A stretch of 64,000 bases of DNA from Bacteroidales bacterium UBA5281 (GTDB lineage Bacteria > Bacteroidota > Bacteroidia > Bacteroidales > Lentimicrobiaceae), in contig DHSR01000050.1 in the NCBI GenBank assembly GCA_002410555.1, positions 9,761-73,760 of the forward strand, given 5' to 3'. The notes under the pieces were generated by a model. That model had not been told where the DNA came from and ran no database searches. It worked only from the letters and a program-made list of their open reading frames with translations. The position numbers and the translations under genes are program-made. Positions 32,017 through 41,786 of the stretch are shown here, in pieces (position 1 is the first letter of the stretch; each line of letters opens with the position of its first letter).

Positions 32017-32628
32017 CTAACGGATGTTGCACAGGAGCAATTTCCGGTCGCCGATGAAAGCTTCGAGCCGGTCGCCAATTTTTACCGGTCCTACACCTGA
32101 CGGAGTGCCTGTAAATATGAAATCATTTTGTTTTAAAGTTACAAAATTACTTACATAGCTGATGATAGCAGCAAAATCAAAAATCATAGCTGATGAGTTT
32201 CCTTGCTGCACTATTTCTCCATTTAATTCTAACCCAAAATTAATATTTTTCAAATCGCTAAACTCACCCACCGGAATAAATTGGCTTACCGGAGCTGAGG
32301 CATCAAACGCCTTGGCTATTTCCCAGGGAAGCCCTTTTTCCTTGGCCTTCTGCTGAAGGTCACGGGCAGTAAAATCAATGCCTATGCCAATGGCATCAAA
32401 ATAGGTATGGGCAAACTTTGGATCAATTTGCCTGCCTACTTTGCACACATGCAACACCAATTCCACTTCATAATGAATATCGTTAGAAAATGAAGGATAA
32501 AAGAAGGGCAGGTTATTGCGCAGCAGGGCAGATTCGGGTTTCATGAAAAATACCGGCTCTGTTGGCAGTGGATTGTTTAACTCGAGGGCATGCTCTGTGT
32601 AGTTGCGCCCGATGCAAATCATTTTCAT
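32017..32628 (-). CDS. Fumarylacetoacetate hydrolase family protein
   Basis: CIGRNY, FFMKP, HYEVEL, DFTARD, FTGTPSGVG. Confidence 0.93.
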   Translation of the reverse strand: MKMICIGRNYTEHALELNNPLPTEPVFFMKPESALLRNNLPFFYPSFSNDIHYEVELVLHVCKVGRQIDPKFAHTYFDAIGIGIDFTARDLQQKAKEKGLPWEIAKAFDASAPVSQFIPVGEFSDLKNINFGLELNGEIVQQGNSSAMIFDFAAIISYVSNFVTLKQNDFIFTGTPSGVGPVKIGDRLEAFIGDRKLLLCNIR

Positions 32629-32652
32629 GGTGTGGAAATTATAACAGCTATT

Positions 32653-33483
32653 TTATTTGTTGATGTTTACAGAAGTATTGTTAAATCCCCTGAGCTTAAT
32701 GGCTGTAATTATCTTTTTGGTATACAGTGGAAAGTCTGACTTTATCATCCAGTCGTAATAACTTGGCTCCGATGAAAAGATGTCTTCCACACATTTACCT
32801 TTGTGTTTGCCAAAATTAAAGACTTCCTGGTTTTTTTGATTAAAAATCAGGTGTCCCACCAGGTCAGCATTTCGGTTTTGGAAGGAGAAGTCGTGCAGGG
32901 CTTTAATGTCATTCACCACGGGTGTAGAAATGTTTCCCTCCCTGTCTTCATATTCAACGCCTTCATAACGCTCAAGCTGGGCACAAAGCACTTCGTATGT
33001 GGCGCGCGTATCTGCCAGAGCGGAATGGGCATTTACCAGATCGGCATTGCAATAAAATTTATAGGCAGCCTTTAAGGTACGTGGCTCCATTTTATGAAAG
33101 ATATTTTGTACATCAATAAATCTTCTGCCTTTGAGGTCAAAGTCAATTTCGGCTCTGAGAAACTCTTCCACCAGCAAAGGAATATCAAATTTATTAGAAT
33201 TGTATCCGCCAAGATCGGCATTTCCAAGAAACTGCAACAGTTGAGGCGCAAACACTTTAAATGTTGGAGCATCCTTAACGTCCTCATCACTGATGCCATG
33301 TATTTTTGTGACTTCAGGAGGAATAGGTATTTCGGGGTTTAAGCGTTGGTCAAGTATTTCTTCACTGCCATCAGGGTTAATTTTAATTGCGCTTATTTCA
33401 ACAATTTTGTCTTTGCCAACATTGGTTCCGGTAGTTTCGAGATCAAAAACAGCAAAAGGCCGGGTCAGATTAAGTTTTGTCAT
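32653..33483 (-). CDS. DEDDh 3'-5' exonuclease (DnaQ-like)
   Basis: FDLETTG, GYNSNKFD, HSALAD and C-terminal FGKHKG. Confidence 0.92.
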   Translation of the reverse strand: MTKLNLTRPFAVFDLETTGTNVGKDKIVEISAIKINPDGSEEILDQRLNPEIPIPPEVTKIHGISDEDVKDAPTFKVFAPQLLQFLGNADLGGYNSNKFDIPLLVEEFLRAEIDFDLKGRRFIDVQNIFHKMEPRTLKAAYKFYCNADLVNAHSALADTRATYEVLCAQLERYEGVEYEDREGNISTPVVNDIKALHDFSFQNRNADLVGHLIFNQKNQEVFNFGKHKGKCVEDIFSSEPSYYDWMIKSDFPLYTKKIITAIKLRGFNNTSVNINK

Positions 33484-33496
33484 TAGATAAAGAAAT

Positions 33497-33525
33497 AAAA
33501 AAGCACCAGCAGTAGCGCTGGTGCT
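33497..33525 (-). terminator. Intrinsic terminator-like hairpin after the E2 gene
   Basis: Minus strand reads agcaccagc-gctact-gctggtgct followed by a T run. Confidence 0.65.
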
Positions 33526-33546
33526 GCGAATGTATGATTTTTATTA

Positions 33547-34917
33547 TTAATAGGGCCGGTTTACATCAAAACTTTCCAGTATTTGTTGCATCCTTTGCAG
33601 ATACTGACCACCCAGTGCGCCATCAACCACGCGGTGGTCGTAAGCCAGCGACAGGATGACCATATGCCGGATGGCAATCACATCTCCCTCTTCAGTTTCT
33701 AAGACTACCGGCTTCTTTTTAATGGCACCCAACCCAAGTATGGCTACCTGAGGCTGATTGATAATGGGTGATCCGGTAATGCTTCCAAATGTACCCAGGT
33801 TGGTGATGGTAAACGTGCCGCCACTAATGTCGTCCGGTTCCAGTTTGTTGTTCCTTGCTTTGTTTGCCAGGCTGTTTACATCTTTGGCAAGTCCAATCAG
33901 GTTTTTCTGATCGGCATTTTTTATCACAGGCACTATTAGGTTTCCGGTGGGCAGGGCTGCAGCCATACCGATATTCACGTTTTTACGAAGTATTACGTTG
34001 TATCCATCCACCGAAGCATTCACACCAGGAAAATCTTTTATGGCCTGTGCGGCAGCTTCTATAAAAATTGGGGTGAAAGTTATCTTCTCTTTTTCGCGTT
34101 TCAGAAAATCATCTTTTATTTTTTCGCGCCATTTAACCATGTTAGTCACATCTACTTCGATAAATGAAGTTACATGTGGAGAAACATCTTTCGACATCAC
34201 CATATGGTCGGCAATAAGGCGTCGCATGCGATCCATTTCAACAATTTCGTCGTCACTGCCTGCTGACACCTGAGGTTGAGATGCTTTGGCGGGTGCCTTG
34301 GAGGCTGCTTTTTCCTTTTCGGCAGGTTTGGGAGCTTCGGCAGGCTTTTCACTACGGGTTTTCAAATACGACTGTATATCGTCCTTGGTAACCCTGCCAT
34401 CCTTCCCGCTTCCGGTAATACTGTCCAATTCCTGCTGTCCGATATTTTCAGCTTTGGCAATGCTTTTAACCAGAGGTGAATAAAAACGATCGCCCGTATT
34501 TTTTACTTCCTCAGCCGATTCCTCTGAAGCAGACTCTTCTTTGGAAGTTTCTTTGGAATCTTCCCCGGTTTCTGCTTTTGAAGTTTTTTCCTGTTTGTCT
34601 TTCTCTGCTTCCGCAGGAGGTACAGTGCTATCTTCCGGATCCTGTGTGGCTTCTTCTTTTTCCCCGGCGTTACCGGGTTCAGTTTCGATGATGGCAATAA
34701 CCTTACCTACAGGTACAACGTCGCCTTCATTAAATTTCACCTCTACCAATTTACCTTCTACCGGTGAGGGGATTTCTGAATCTACTTTGTCGGTGGCAAT
34801 TTCAACAATAGGATCGTCTTCTTCAATAGTGTCTCCGGGGTTTTTTATCCACTTGGTAATGGTCGCTTCAATAATACTCTCGCCCAGTTTGGGCATTACA
34901 ACTTCAAATTTAGCCAT
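33547..34917 (-). CDS. 2-oxoacid dehydrogenase E2 dihydrolipoamide acyltransferase
   Basis: Lipoyl domain ATDKV, E3-binding GSGKDGRVTKDD and catalytic DHRVVDG. Confidence 0.95.
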   Translation of the reverse strand: MAKFEVVMPKLGESIIEATITKWIKNPGDTIEEDDPIVEIATDKVDSEIPSPVEGKLVEVKFNEGDVVPVGKVIAIIETEPGNAGEKEEATQDPEDSTVPPAEAEKDKQEKTSKAETGEDSKETSKEESASEESAEEVKNTGDRFYSPLVKSIAKAENIGQQELDSITGSGKDGRVTKDDIQSYLKTRSEKPAEAPKPAEKEKAASKAPAKASQPQVSAGSDDEIVEMDRMRRLIADHMVMSKDVSPHVTSFIEVDVTNMVKWREKIKDDFLKREKEKITFTPIFIEAAAQAIKDFPGVNASVDGYNVILRKNVNIGMAAALPTGNLIVPVIKNADQKNLIGLAKDVNSLANKARNNKLEPDDISGGTFTITNLGTFGSITGSPIINQPQVAILGLGAIKKKPVVLETEEGDVIAIRHMVILSLAYDHRVVDGALGGQYLQRMQQILESFDVNRPY

Positions 34918-35007
34918 AGCAATGTTAGTTTTATTTATCGCGCTAATAAACGCATTAATTATTCCCTGTGCTTGTTGTCGTATTTAACAAAGATGAATTA
35001 AAAAGGT

Positions 35008-36996
35008 TTAGCTTCGCTTTTTTCCACTTCGTCCCAATCTCCTGAATCCTTTAATCAATATATTGAGGTCGTTGTTCAAACGATAGTCTCGTGCATAGAG
35101 CATGTTGAGCGTAAGCGCAGTGTCAGCATCTATATCGCGCTCAGGAAAAAGGTCGGTCGGATAGAGTATGCCCTTTCGTATGGGTGGCAGTTCAGTGCCG
35201 GAATAAGGCACTGGCGCATAACCTACCACCGATCTGTAACCCAGCAATATCCTGAAAAGATTGTAGACAAAGTAAGGAGGATCGTAGGTGATTAACATCG
35301 CAACCGGAGAAACTGCCAGTAAAATCGAGGCTGACAGAAGGTCAAAAATACGCTTGTTCCTGCGATTATTTACCTTACTTATGGAATTGATATCAATGAT
35401 GTAAAGGTCGCGGCTGGTGCTGATGGAATTTGAACCAATAATACTCATGCTTTCCGGTGGAGCTATTTTGTATTCAGTATGTGATTGACGGTGATGACTC
35501 ATGGCATCAATAATCTGGTGGGCTGGCATGTCTTTGGCGCAAAAAATAACCTCATCAATTTTATAAATATTAATGATGGTAGAAAGGTTGGCCATGTGAC
35601 CTATGTAGCCGTTTTGATCTTGGCTTTTGTCGTCAAGACCAACAATACCGATAAATCCGGGGTTTACCAGCGATTTGCGGAGCAGTTCTGCTACCCTCTC
35701 TGATTCAGCCGGATTACCCACCACGGCAAAGCGCCGGTTGGGGTTGGCTCCGATGCGGTATTGCGAGAAGCCTGACAGATGCAGCAGCAAGCGTATTCCG
35801 GTAATGGCCAGCAATCCCCAGATCGCTATTAAGATAATCAGGGCTCGTGAAAAACGGAATTCGGCCGGCAATAGTGCATAAAAAACCAATATGGTAATGG
35901 TACCGGTAAACATACCCATAATTACTCTCCTGAGCCTCAATGGCACATCGTATCCACCGCTGAGCAATACTGCAATCAGCCAGATAACAATATAGGCAGG
36001 CAGCACGCCAAACAGAAACAGAGGCGGATAATGACCACCATGATTAAATACCACATGGCTGCCCCAGTAAGCGGTAATCAACAGTCCACCTCCATAAATA
36101 AGCAATGCATCGCTCACCGGGAGAATAAGCCGTTTAAATATCCGGTAAATCACTGCCATACCAGCCCGCAGATAGATGGCCATATTTATCAGCAATGAAA
36201 ACAACCGCGCATTGTGCAGTGAGAAGTGTTTTTCTGCAAAAATGACCATAGCCCGGTAAAACACAAATACGTAGTTGATGCTCGACTTTTTAGTACTTTC
36301 ACCTTTATAATGAATGATTCGTGCTTCAGGAAAATAATAATTTTTATAGCCACCCTTGATGATGCGATAACTCAGGTCGATGTCTTCGCCATACATGAAA
36401 AAATCCTCATCAAGTAAGCCGACCTTGTCAAGGGTTTTTTTGCGTAGCATCATAAAAGCACCCGAAAGAACATCAACCTGGTGGGTTTTGTTCTTATCCA
36501 GAAACCCCAGATGATATTTTCCAAAAATTTTGGATTTGGGAAACAGGGCCGATAGGCCAAAGATCTTATAAAATGCCACAGCAGGGGTAGGTAATCCACG
36601 CTTTGATTCAGGGAGAAACCGACCCTTTCCGTCAATCATCTGTATGCCAAGACCTCCTGCATCAGGATGCGCATCCATGAAATCCACGCATTTTTTTAAC
36701 GTATCCTGCTCAACCAGGGTATCAGGATTAAGCAACAATACATATTCGCCTTTTGAAATTCTGATGGCCTGATTGTTGGCTTTAGAAAATCCGGGATTGT
36801 CGCTGTTGCATATGAGCTTAACCTGAGGAAATTTTTCGGCAATCATTTCAACGCTACCATCCACCGAGTTGTTATCAACTACAAAAACCTCTGCATCAAG
36901 GTGTTCAACGGCTGTGAGTACAGAATGCAGACATTGCTCAATAAAGTATTTAACGTTGTAGTTTACGATTACTACCGATAGTTTCATTGAATGCAT
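35008..36996 (-). CDS. GT2 glycosyltransferase fused to TM, CoA-binding-like and sugar-transferase-like domains
   Basis: VIVNYN, VDNNSVDGS, LLNPD, FMYGEDID, then a TM block, IDEVIF and KRIFD. Confidence 0.88.
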   Translation of the reverse strand: MHSMKLSVVIVNYNVKYFIEQCLHSVLTAVEHLDAEVFVVDNNSVDGSVEMIAEKFPQVKLICNSDNPGFSKANNQAIRISKGEYVLLLNPDTLVEQDTLKKCVDFMDAHPDAGGLGIQMIDGKGRFLPESKRGLPTPAVAFYKIFGLSALFPKSKIFGKYHLGFLDKNKTHQVDVLSGAFMMLRKKTLDKVGLLDEDFFMYGEDIDLSYRIIKGGYKNYYFPEARIIHYKGESTKKSSINYVFVFYRAMVIFAEKHFSLHNARLFSLLINMAIYLRAGMAVIYRIFKRLILPVSDALLIYGGGLLITAYWGSHVVFNHGGHYPPLFLFGVLPAYIVIWLIAVLLSGGYDVPLRLRRVIMGMFTGTITILVFYALLPAEFRFSRALIILIAIWGLLAITGIRLLLHLSGFSQYRIGANPNRRFAVVGNPAESERVAELLRKSLVNPGFIGIVGLDDKSQDQNGYIGHMANLSTIINIYKIDEVIFCAKDMPAHQIIDAMSHHRQSHTEYKIAPPESMSIIGSNSISTSRDLYIIDINSISKVNNRRNKRIFDLLSASILLAVSPVAMLITYDPPYFVYNLFRILLGYRSVVGYAPVPYSGTELPPIRKGILYPTDLFPERDIDADTALTLNMLYARDYRLNNDLNILIKGFRRLGRSGKKRS

Positions 36997-37102
36997 ATTT
37001 TTTTGACCGCGTAAAGATAGGGATATTGCACTGTATGTGTTTAATTAGATTGGTTTTTCATCATAAACTTTACCTTTGCAAACAACTTTAAAAACATAAC
37101 CT

Positions 37103-37666
37103 TTGATCCACAGGCATTTTATAATGCATAAACCTTTTGGCTATTTGAGCCAGTTTGTGTGCGAACACCACTGGAAAAGAGTGCTTGGAGAATTGTATTC
37201 ATTTCCGGTAGGAACCATGCCGGTTGGCCGGCTGGATGAACACAGCGAAGGACTGCTGTTGCTTACCACCAATGGCATTTTGTGTGATCAGATGCGGAGC
37301 AAAGACAAGGAAAAAGAATATTACGTTCAGATTGATGGATTGATTGATGAAGCTTCCATGGAAAAAATGCGTCAGGGGGTAGAAATTGGTATCCGGGGGG
37401 AGAAATACCTCACTTTACCCTGTAAGGTAATGCGCCTGAATGAAACACCCGACTTTGCGCCACGCATTAAGAAGATAAGAGATGATCGCCATGGTCCTAC
37501 TTGCTGGATTTCTATTATCGTTACTGAAGGCAAATACCGGCAAATTCGGAAAATGACTGCAGCCGTTGGCTTTCCTACGCTTCGTTTGATGCGTGTCCGG
37601 GTTGATCAGGTGTGGCTCGGTAACCTTAAGCAGGGAGAAGTAAAGGAAGTTGGGGCTTTTATCTAA
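37103..37666 (+). CDS. rRNA pseudouridine synthase (RsuA/RluE family)
   Basis: KPFGYLSQF, GRLDEHSEGLLLLT, EGKYRQIRKM. TACCTTTG box at 37071-37078. Confidence 0.9.
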   Translation: MIHRHFIMHKPFGYLSQFVCEHHWKRVLGELYSFPVGTMPVGRLDEHSEGLLLLTTNGILCDQMRSKDKEKEYYVQIDGLIDEASMEKMRQGVEIGIRGEKYLTLPCKVMRLNETPDFAPRIKKIRDDRHGPTCWISIIVTEGKYRQIRKMTAAVGFPTLRLMRVRVDQVWLGNLKQGEVKEVGAFI

Positions 37667-37716
37667 AATTGGCGTCTTCACGTGTTTCTTAACCTACGAA
37701 ACCTCTTATTGCAGGT

Positions 37717-38823
37717 TTACTCCTTACTGAAGGCTGATATAGCAGGCAGCGCTTTGTTGTTAAAGTCAAAAAGTGCCTGATTTTCCCAGGGTGAACCATT
37801 AATGGCTTCCGGTCCCCTGTAAGCAATCCATTCCGCGCCCCAATAGGCAAATCCTGAAAGTAATGGTTTGCTTTCGGAAATGCGCCTGATTTTTTCAAGA
37901 AAAGTTTGTTGCCCATCAGGCGTTGGCGGAAAATCGGGAATAAGCTGGGATGAATCGCCCAGGATGTTGTCGGTCCAATCATTCCACCCCAGTGTAAAAG
38001 GATAAGCTGTTTCAGCAATTACGAGTTTTTTATTGTATTTCACTGCAAGTATTCTGATTGAACTCTGTAACAGGTTTAAGTTTTTTCCATGCCAGATGGG
38101 GTAAAAGGAGATGCCAATTAAATCATAGTCAATGGTTCTCACCAGATTAAAAAAATCATCAGCACCATCATAACCGGCAAAATGCAGTATTATCCGGCAA
38201 TCATCACTATTGTCTCTAACAGCTTTGCAGCCGGAGGCTAACATTTTAAGAAACTGATCCGGATTCGAAGTATGACCTTCCGGCCAGATGAAACCGCTGT
38301 TAATCTCATTACCGATCTGGATGTAGTCAGGTTCAAGGGCGCGCACAACCCTTGTTGTATAATTATAAATACTGTCATTCAGCACTGCCGGTTCAAGGTT
38401 TTTCCAGGCTTCTGGTTTGTACTGGTAACCGGGATCGGCCCAGGTGTCAGAATAATGGACTGACAGCCACAACTTTAGCCCATGAGCTTTAATTTTTGCC
38501 GCAAATGTCTTGACCTCTGCCAGATCACTGTGCATGCTTGCAGGCTTATGCCATAGCCTTACCCTTACTGTATTCATTCCGGCTTCAGCCAGAATGGTCA
38601 TCGCCGGGGCCTGCTGCCCATTGAGATTGTAATAAATGGTGCCTTCAGCTTCTATTCCAGGAAGAAAACTCAGATCAGCCGCCCTGATGAGCGTATCGTC
38701 CAGATCAGAAGTGGGAATATACTGATTTTTATCGCTTTCTTTATCACATGATATTATAATCAGGCTGATAAACAGCACAATAAGAGTAAATCCAGTTTTC
38801 ACTTTTCTAATGTTAAGTGTCAA
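37717..38823 (-). CDS. GH53 endo-beta-1,4-galactanase, lipoprotein
   Basis: ADLS, HYSDTWADPG, QIGNE and IAETAYP motifs, IISC lipobox. Confidence 0.92.
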   Translation of the reverse strand: MTLNIRKVKTGFTLIVLFISLIIISCDKESDKNQYIPTSDLDDTLIRAADLSFLPGIEAEGTIYYNLNGQQAPAMTILAEAGMNTVRVRLWHKPASMHSDLAEVKTFAAKIKAHGLKLWLSVHYSDTWADPGYQYKPEAWKNLEPAVLNDSIYNYTTRVVRALEPDYIQIGNEINSGFIWPEGHTSNPDQFLKMLASGCKAVRDNSDDCRIILHFAGYDGADDFFNLVRTIDYDLIGISFYPIWHGKNLNLLQSSIRILAVKYNKKLVIAETAYPFTLGWNDWTDNILGDSSQLIPDFPPTPDGQQTFLEKIRRISESKPLLSGFAYWGAEWIAYRGPEAINGSPWENQALFDFNNKALPAISAFSKE

Positions 38824-38832
38824 GATGCTGGA

Positions 38833-41664
38833 TTATTTTACCATAATTTTTGTTACAGCAAAACCAGCGTTGCTGCGAGCCTGCACAAAATAAATTCCTG
38901 GTTTGATTGAGTCAGGTAAATTCACCTGAAGCTGCTGCCTCCCACTATTTAATTCTCCCTGAAAAAGCGCTGTCAGCCTGCGCCCTGAAACGTCTGATAA
39001 ATCCAGCCTAATCATTGAAGTTTCTTTTAATTGCAACTCAAGCGTGAAACTGCCAGAAGCAGGATTGGGAAATGTCTTTAATTTCAACGAACCCGATGCA
39101 GGAGTATCTTCGGACAATCCCAGTCCGGTTTCCGGTGTATTTAGCTTTTTCGTGGTATAAATCCTGAATTCACCGGCTTCCAGTTGTATTGGAGTATCCA
39201 GGGAGGTCACCTGGAGCGTATCGCCACTAAAGAATTCATACCATGGGCCGGTTACGCTGAATGCCGGAATTATACTGCCGTTTTCAATCCCGAAATTTCC
39301 AATAACATTCACATCCATAGTGGGATGGTAAAGGCTGATCCTTTTAAGGTCTCCGTTCAGCGCAAGCGAAAAATCGTCGGTTCCAAATGCTTCATTCTCT
39401 GTCTTTAAATGAATGAGCGACCGGGTAACTTCATACAACATTTTACGGCGATAGTCTTGGTAATAATCCCAGCGAATGGGCTTTTCACCGGTTCGTCCGT
39501 TAAAATCAATGTCGTAGTCGTAACCCAGTTCTTCGAATTGCCACAACATTTTGGGCCCGGGTATGGTATAAAAGAAAGCGGCTGCCTGAGCGGCGCGATC
39601 CAGCGCCCTTGTTGTATCTTTCAGGTTATACCAGGGAATGGTACTGTTGCCGTATTTTATATTTTTGTACATCATACGGTCTTCATCGTGACTTTCCATA
39701 TAAGCAACCACATGTGGTGAATCCCATCCGCGTTGTTTATAACTTGCAGAAGAAAAATCGCTGCTGTTGTTCCAGCCCATGGCGGCTTCTTTATATTTAT
39801 CGTGGGTGCCACCCGAGGCCCAGAGCATCATGCCGTAATTGGCCAGTTCCTTTTCTTCACTATTTTCCGCAAAATGTTCAAGTATAATATAACTATCCGG
39901 GTCAACCGACCAGATGCTGTTTGCGATTTCTTTCCAGATGGCCACCCTCGAGGCATCATACTGACCCCAGGCAGCGGTGTTGCCCAGGGTGTTTTTCTGC
40001 GTAAAGCCTTTCGACAGGTCGAAACGATAACCATCAATATTGTACTCTTCAATCCAAAAACTGACTACACGTTTTACCAATGCTTTGGTTTGTGGGCTTT
40101 CGTGATTAAAATCGAAACCAACATTGTAATCATGCCTGGCTACCGGATTAAACCAGGGGTTATTCGCGGCAGGACGATTATTTGCTGCATCCCAATATAA
40201 CATCACCATGGGCGAAGTACCAAAGGAGTGATTGAGAACCATATCAATGATTACGGCTATGCCTTGGGCATGGCAAGCGTCAATAAAGCGTTTCAGGTCA
40301 TCTTTGGGGCCATAATATTTATCGGGTGCAAAATAGTAATTGGGATTATATCCCCAGCTCAGGTTTCCTTCAAACTCATTTACCGGCATCAGCTCGATGG
40401 CGTTGATTCCCAGTCTTTTCAAGTAACCTAAGGTGTCAATCAGCGTGGTGTAATCATGTTTAGCTATAAAATCACGCACCAGCAATTCATAAATAACCAG
40501 GTCTTTTTTTTGTGGGCGATCAAAATCAGCTATTTGCCAGCTGTAATCAGATTGATTAGTTTGCAAAACAGTGGCGATGCCCTGCGTTTTTTCAACAGGG
40601 TAGGGGAGTAGCCCGGGATATGTTTCTTCCGGAATAAATTTATCGTTCCATGGATCTGAAACCTTTTCAGCATATGGATCACCAATGCGAATGCTGCCAT
40701 CTATCAGATACTGGAAAATATATTCCTTACCCGGAGTAAGGTGGGTAATGGTTTTCCAGAAATGTGTCTGGTCGGGAGTGCGCTGCATAAAACCACTGGT
40801 GTCGTATTCCCAGTGATTGAAATCACCAATTATAAAAGCATTATCCTTATAAGGTGCATAGAGCGAAAGTGTAACAGTTGAATCGTTAATGTAGTTTATA
40901 CCGTCTTTAATGCCGGCAGGAAGTTCAGCGATGGGAGTATGGTTTAATACAAAGTAATATATCGAATCAATTACTTCACTCTCACCCTGCTTTGCTTTAA
41001 CCCACAGGTGATGTTTGCCTGTAGATTCAGCGAATACATTGGTGTTTAGTGTTTTACCTGCTGTTTTGAATATCAGATTATTATTCTGATAAAGAAACAA
41101 TGAATCGGCAAGATTGCTGCTGGCTTCTATCGCAATTTGTTCCGCAGGTGCAACCAGCAGTGCATTGCTGGCAGGAACATCAAACCTTACGAAAAGTCCC
41201 GCGGGATAAACATCAACGAATATATCACCGCCAGCTTCGGTTTTGCCTTCCCGGTATTTGTCGCCCTCTTTATTTTCGCTTCGGAAAACAAAAGCCATTT
41301 TCAGGATCTGCTCATTGTCCGGTACGCCATAATACACGCGTATATTGCCGGTTATTACCAACTTATAAAGATTAGGCCCCAACCGTTCCAGTTGAGTTGC
41401 CGAGGTGTTTTGACCCCAATTGGTTTTTACATACCTCCAGTTTGAAGGTGCTGTACTTGAGTCGGTAAGTACACCGGTGTGGGCATAAACCGTACCTGTA
41501 TAATTTAGCAGGCCCTGATTGCCCTGAGTGGCATCAAAAATGATTTCCACCTCGTCGTTTTCGGAAGGAAACTGAGGAACAGTAGTTACCTGCGCAGCGA
41601 GATTAGTGATGAAAGCGAGGGATGTAAAGGCCCACAATATGACTTTTGTGAATATGTTGTACAT
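38833..41664 (-). CDS. GH13 alpha-amylase/branching-enzyme-like protein with T9SS type A CTD
   Basis: WGYNP, DMVLNH, GYRFDLSKG, SHDE and C-terminal FPNP…GIYFV…KIMVK. Start 41664 lies downstream of a TACTTTTG box (41711-41718). Confidence 0.9.
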   Translation of the reverse strand: MYNIFTKVILWAFTSLAFITNLAAQVTTVPQFPSENDEVEIIFDATQGNQGLLNYTGTVYAHTGVLTDSSTAPSNWRYVKTNWGQNTSATQLERLGPNLYKLVITGNIRVYYGVPDNEQILKMAFVFRSENKEGDKYREGKTEAGGDIFVDVYPAGLFVRFDVPASNALLVAPAEQIAIEASSNLADSLFLYQNNNLIFKTAGKTLNTNVFAESTGKHHLWVKAKQGESEVIDSIYYFVLNHTPIAELPAGIKDGINYINDSTVTLSLYAPYKDNAFIIGDFNHWEYDTSGFMQRTPDQTHFWKTITHLTPGKEYIFQYLIDGSIRIGDPYAEKVSDPWNDKFIPEETYPGLLPYPVEKTQGIATVLQTNQSDYSWQIADFDRPQKKDLVIYELLVRDFIAKHDYTTLIDTLGYLKRLGINAIELMPVNEFEGNLSWGYNPNYYFAPDKYYGPKDDLKRFIDACHAQGIAVIIDMVLNHSFGTSPMVMLYWDAANNRPAANNPWFNPVARHDYNVGFDFNHESPQTKALVKRVVSFWIEEYNIDGYRFDLSKGFTQKNTLGNTAAWGQYDASRVAIWKEIANSIWSVDPDSYIILEHFAENSEEKELANYGMMLWASGGTHDKYKEAAMGWNNSSDFSSASYKQRGWDSPHVVAYMESHDEDRMMYKNIKYGNSTIPWYNLKDTTRALDRAAQAAAFFYTIPGPKMLWQFEELGYDYDIDFNGRTGEKPIRWDYYQDYRRKMLYEVTRSLIHLKTENEAFGTDDFSLALNGDLKRISLYHPTMDVNVIGNFGIENGSIIPAFSVTGPWYEFFSGDTLQVTSLDTPIQLEAGEFRIYTTKKLNTPETGLGLSEDTPASGSLKLKTFPNPASGSFTLELQLKETSMIRLDLSDVSGRRLTALFQGELNSGRQQLQVNLPDSIKPGIYFVQARSNAGFAVTKIMVK

Positions 41665-41786
41665 GATTAAAAGTTGTTTAAATTCAAATGCTATCCGGAA
41701 ATGGCTGATACAAAAGTAACATAAAAGGTGAAACAGCATTGAAAATTAAAACGAAAGACCTGATGAAGGGTACCGTGTGAAGACGA

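Noticed and set aside
11890..34987. Long antisense ORFs (11890-12420, 19008-19559, 24187-24714, 34541-34987 and similar)
   Set aside because: Lie opposite well-supported genes and show no protein motifs
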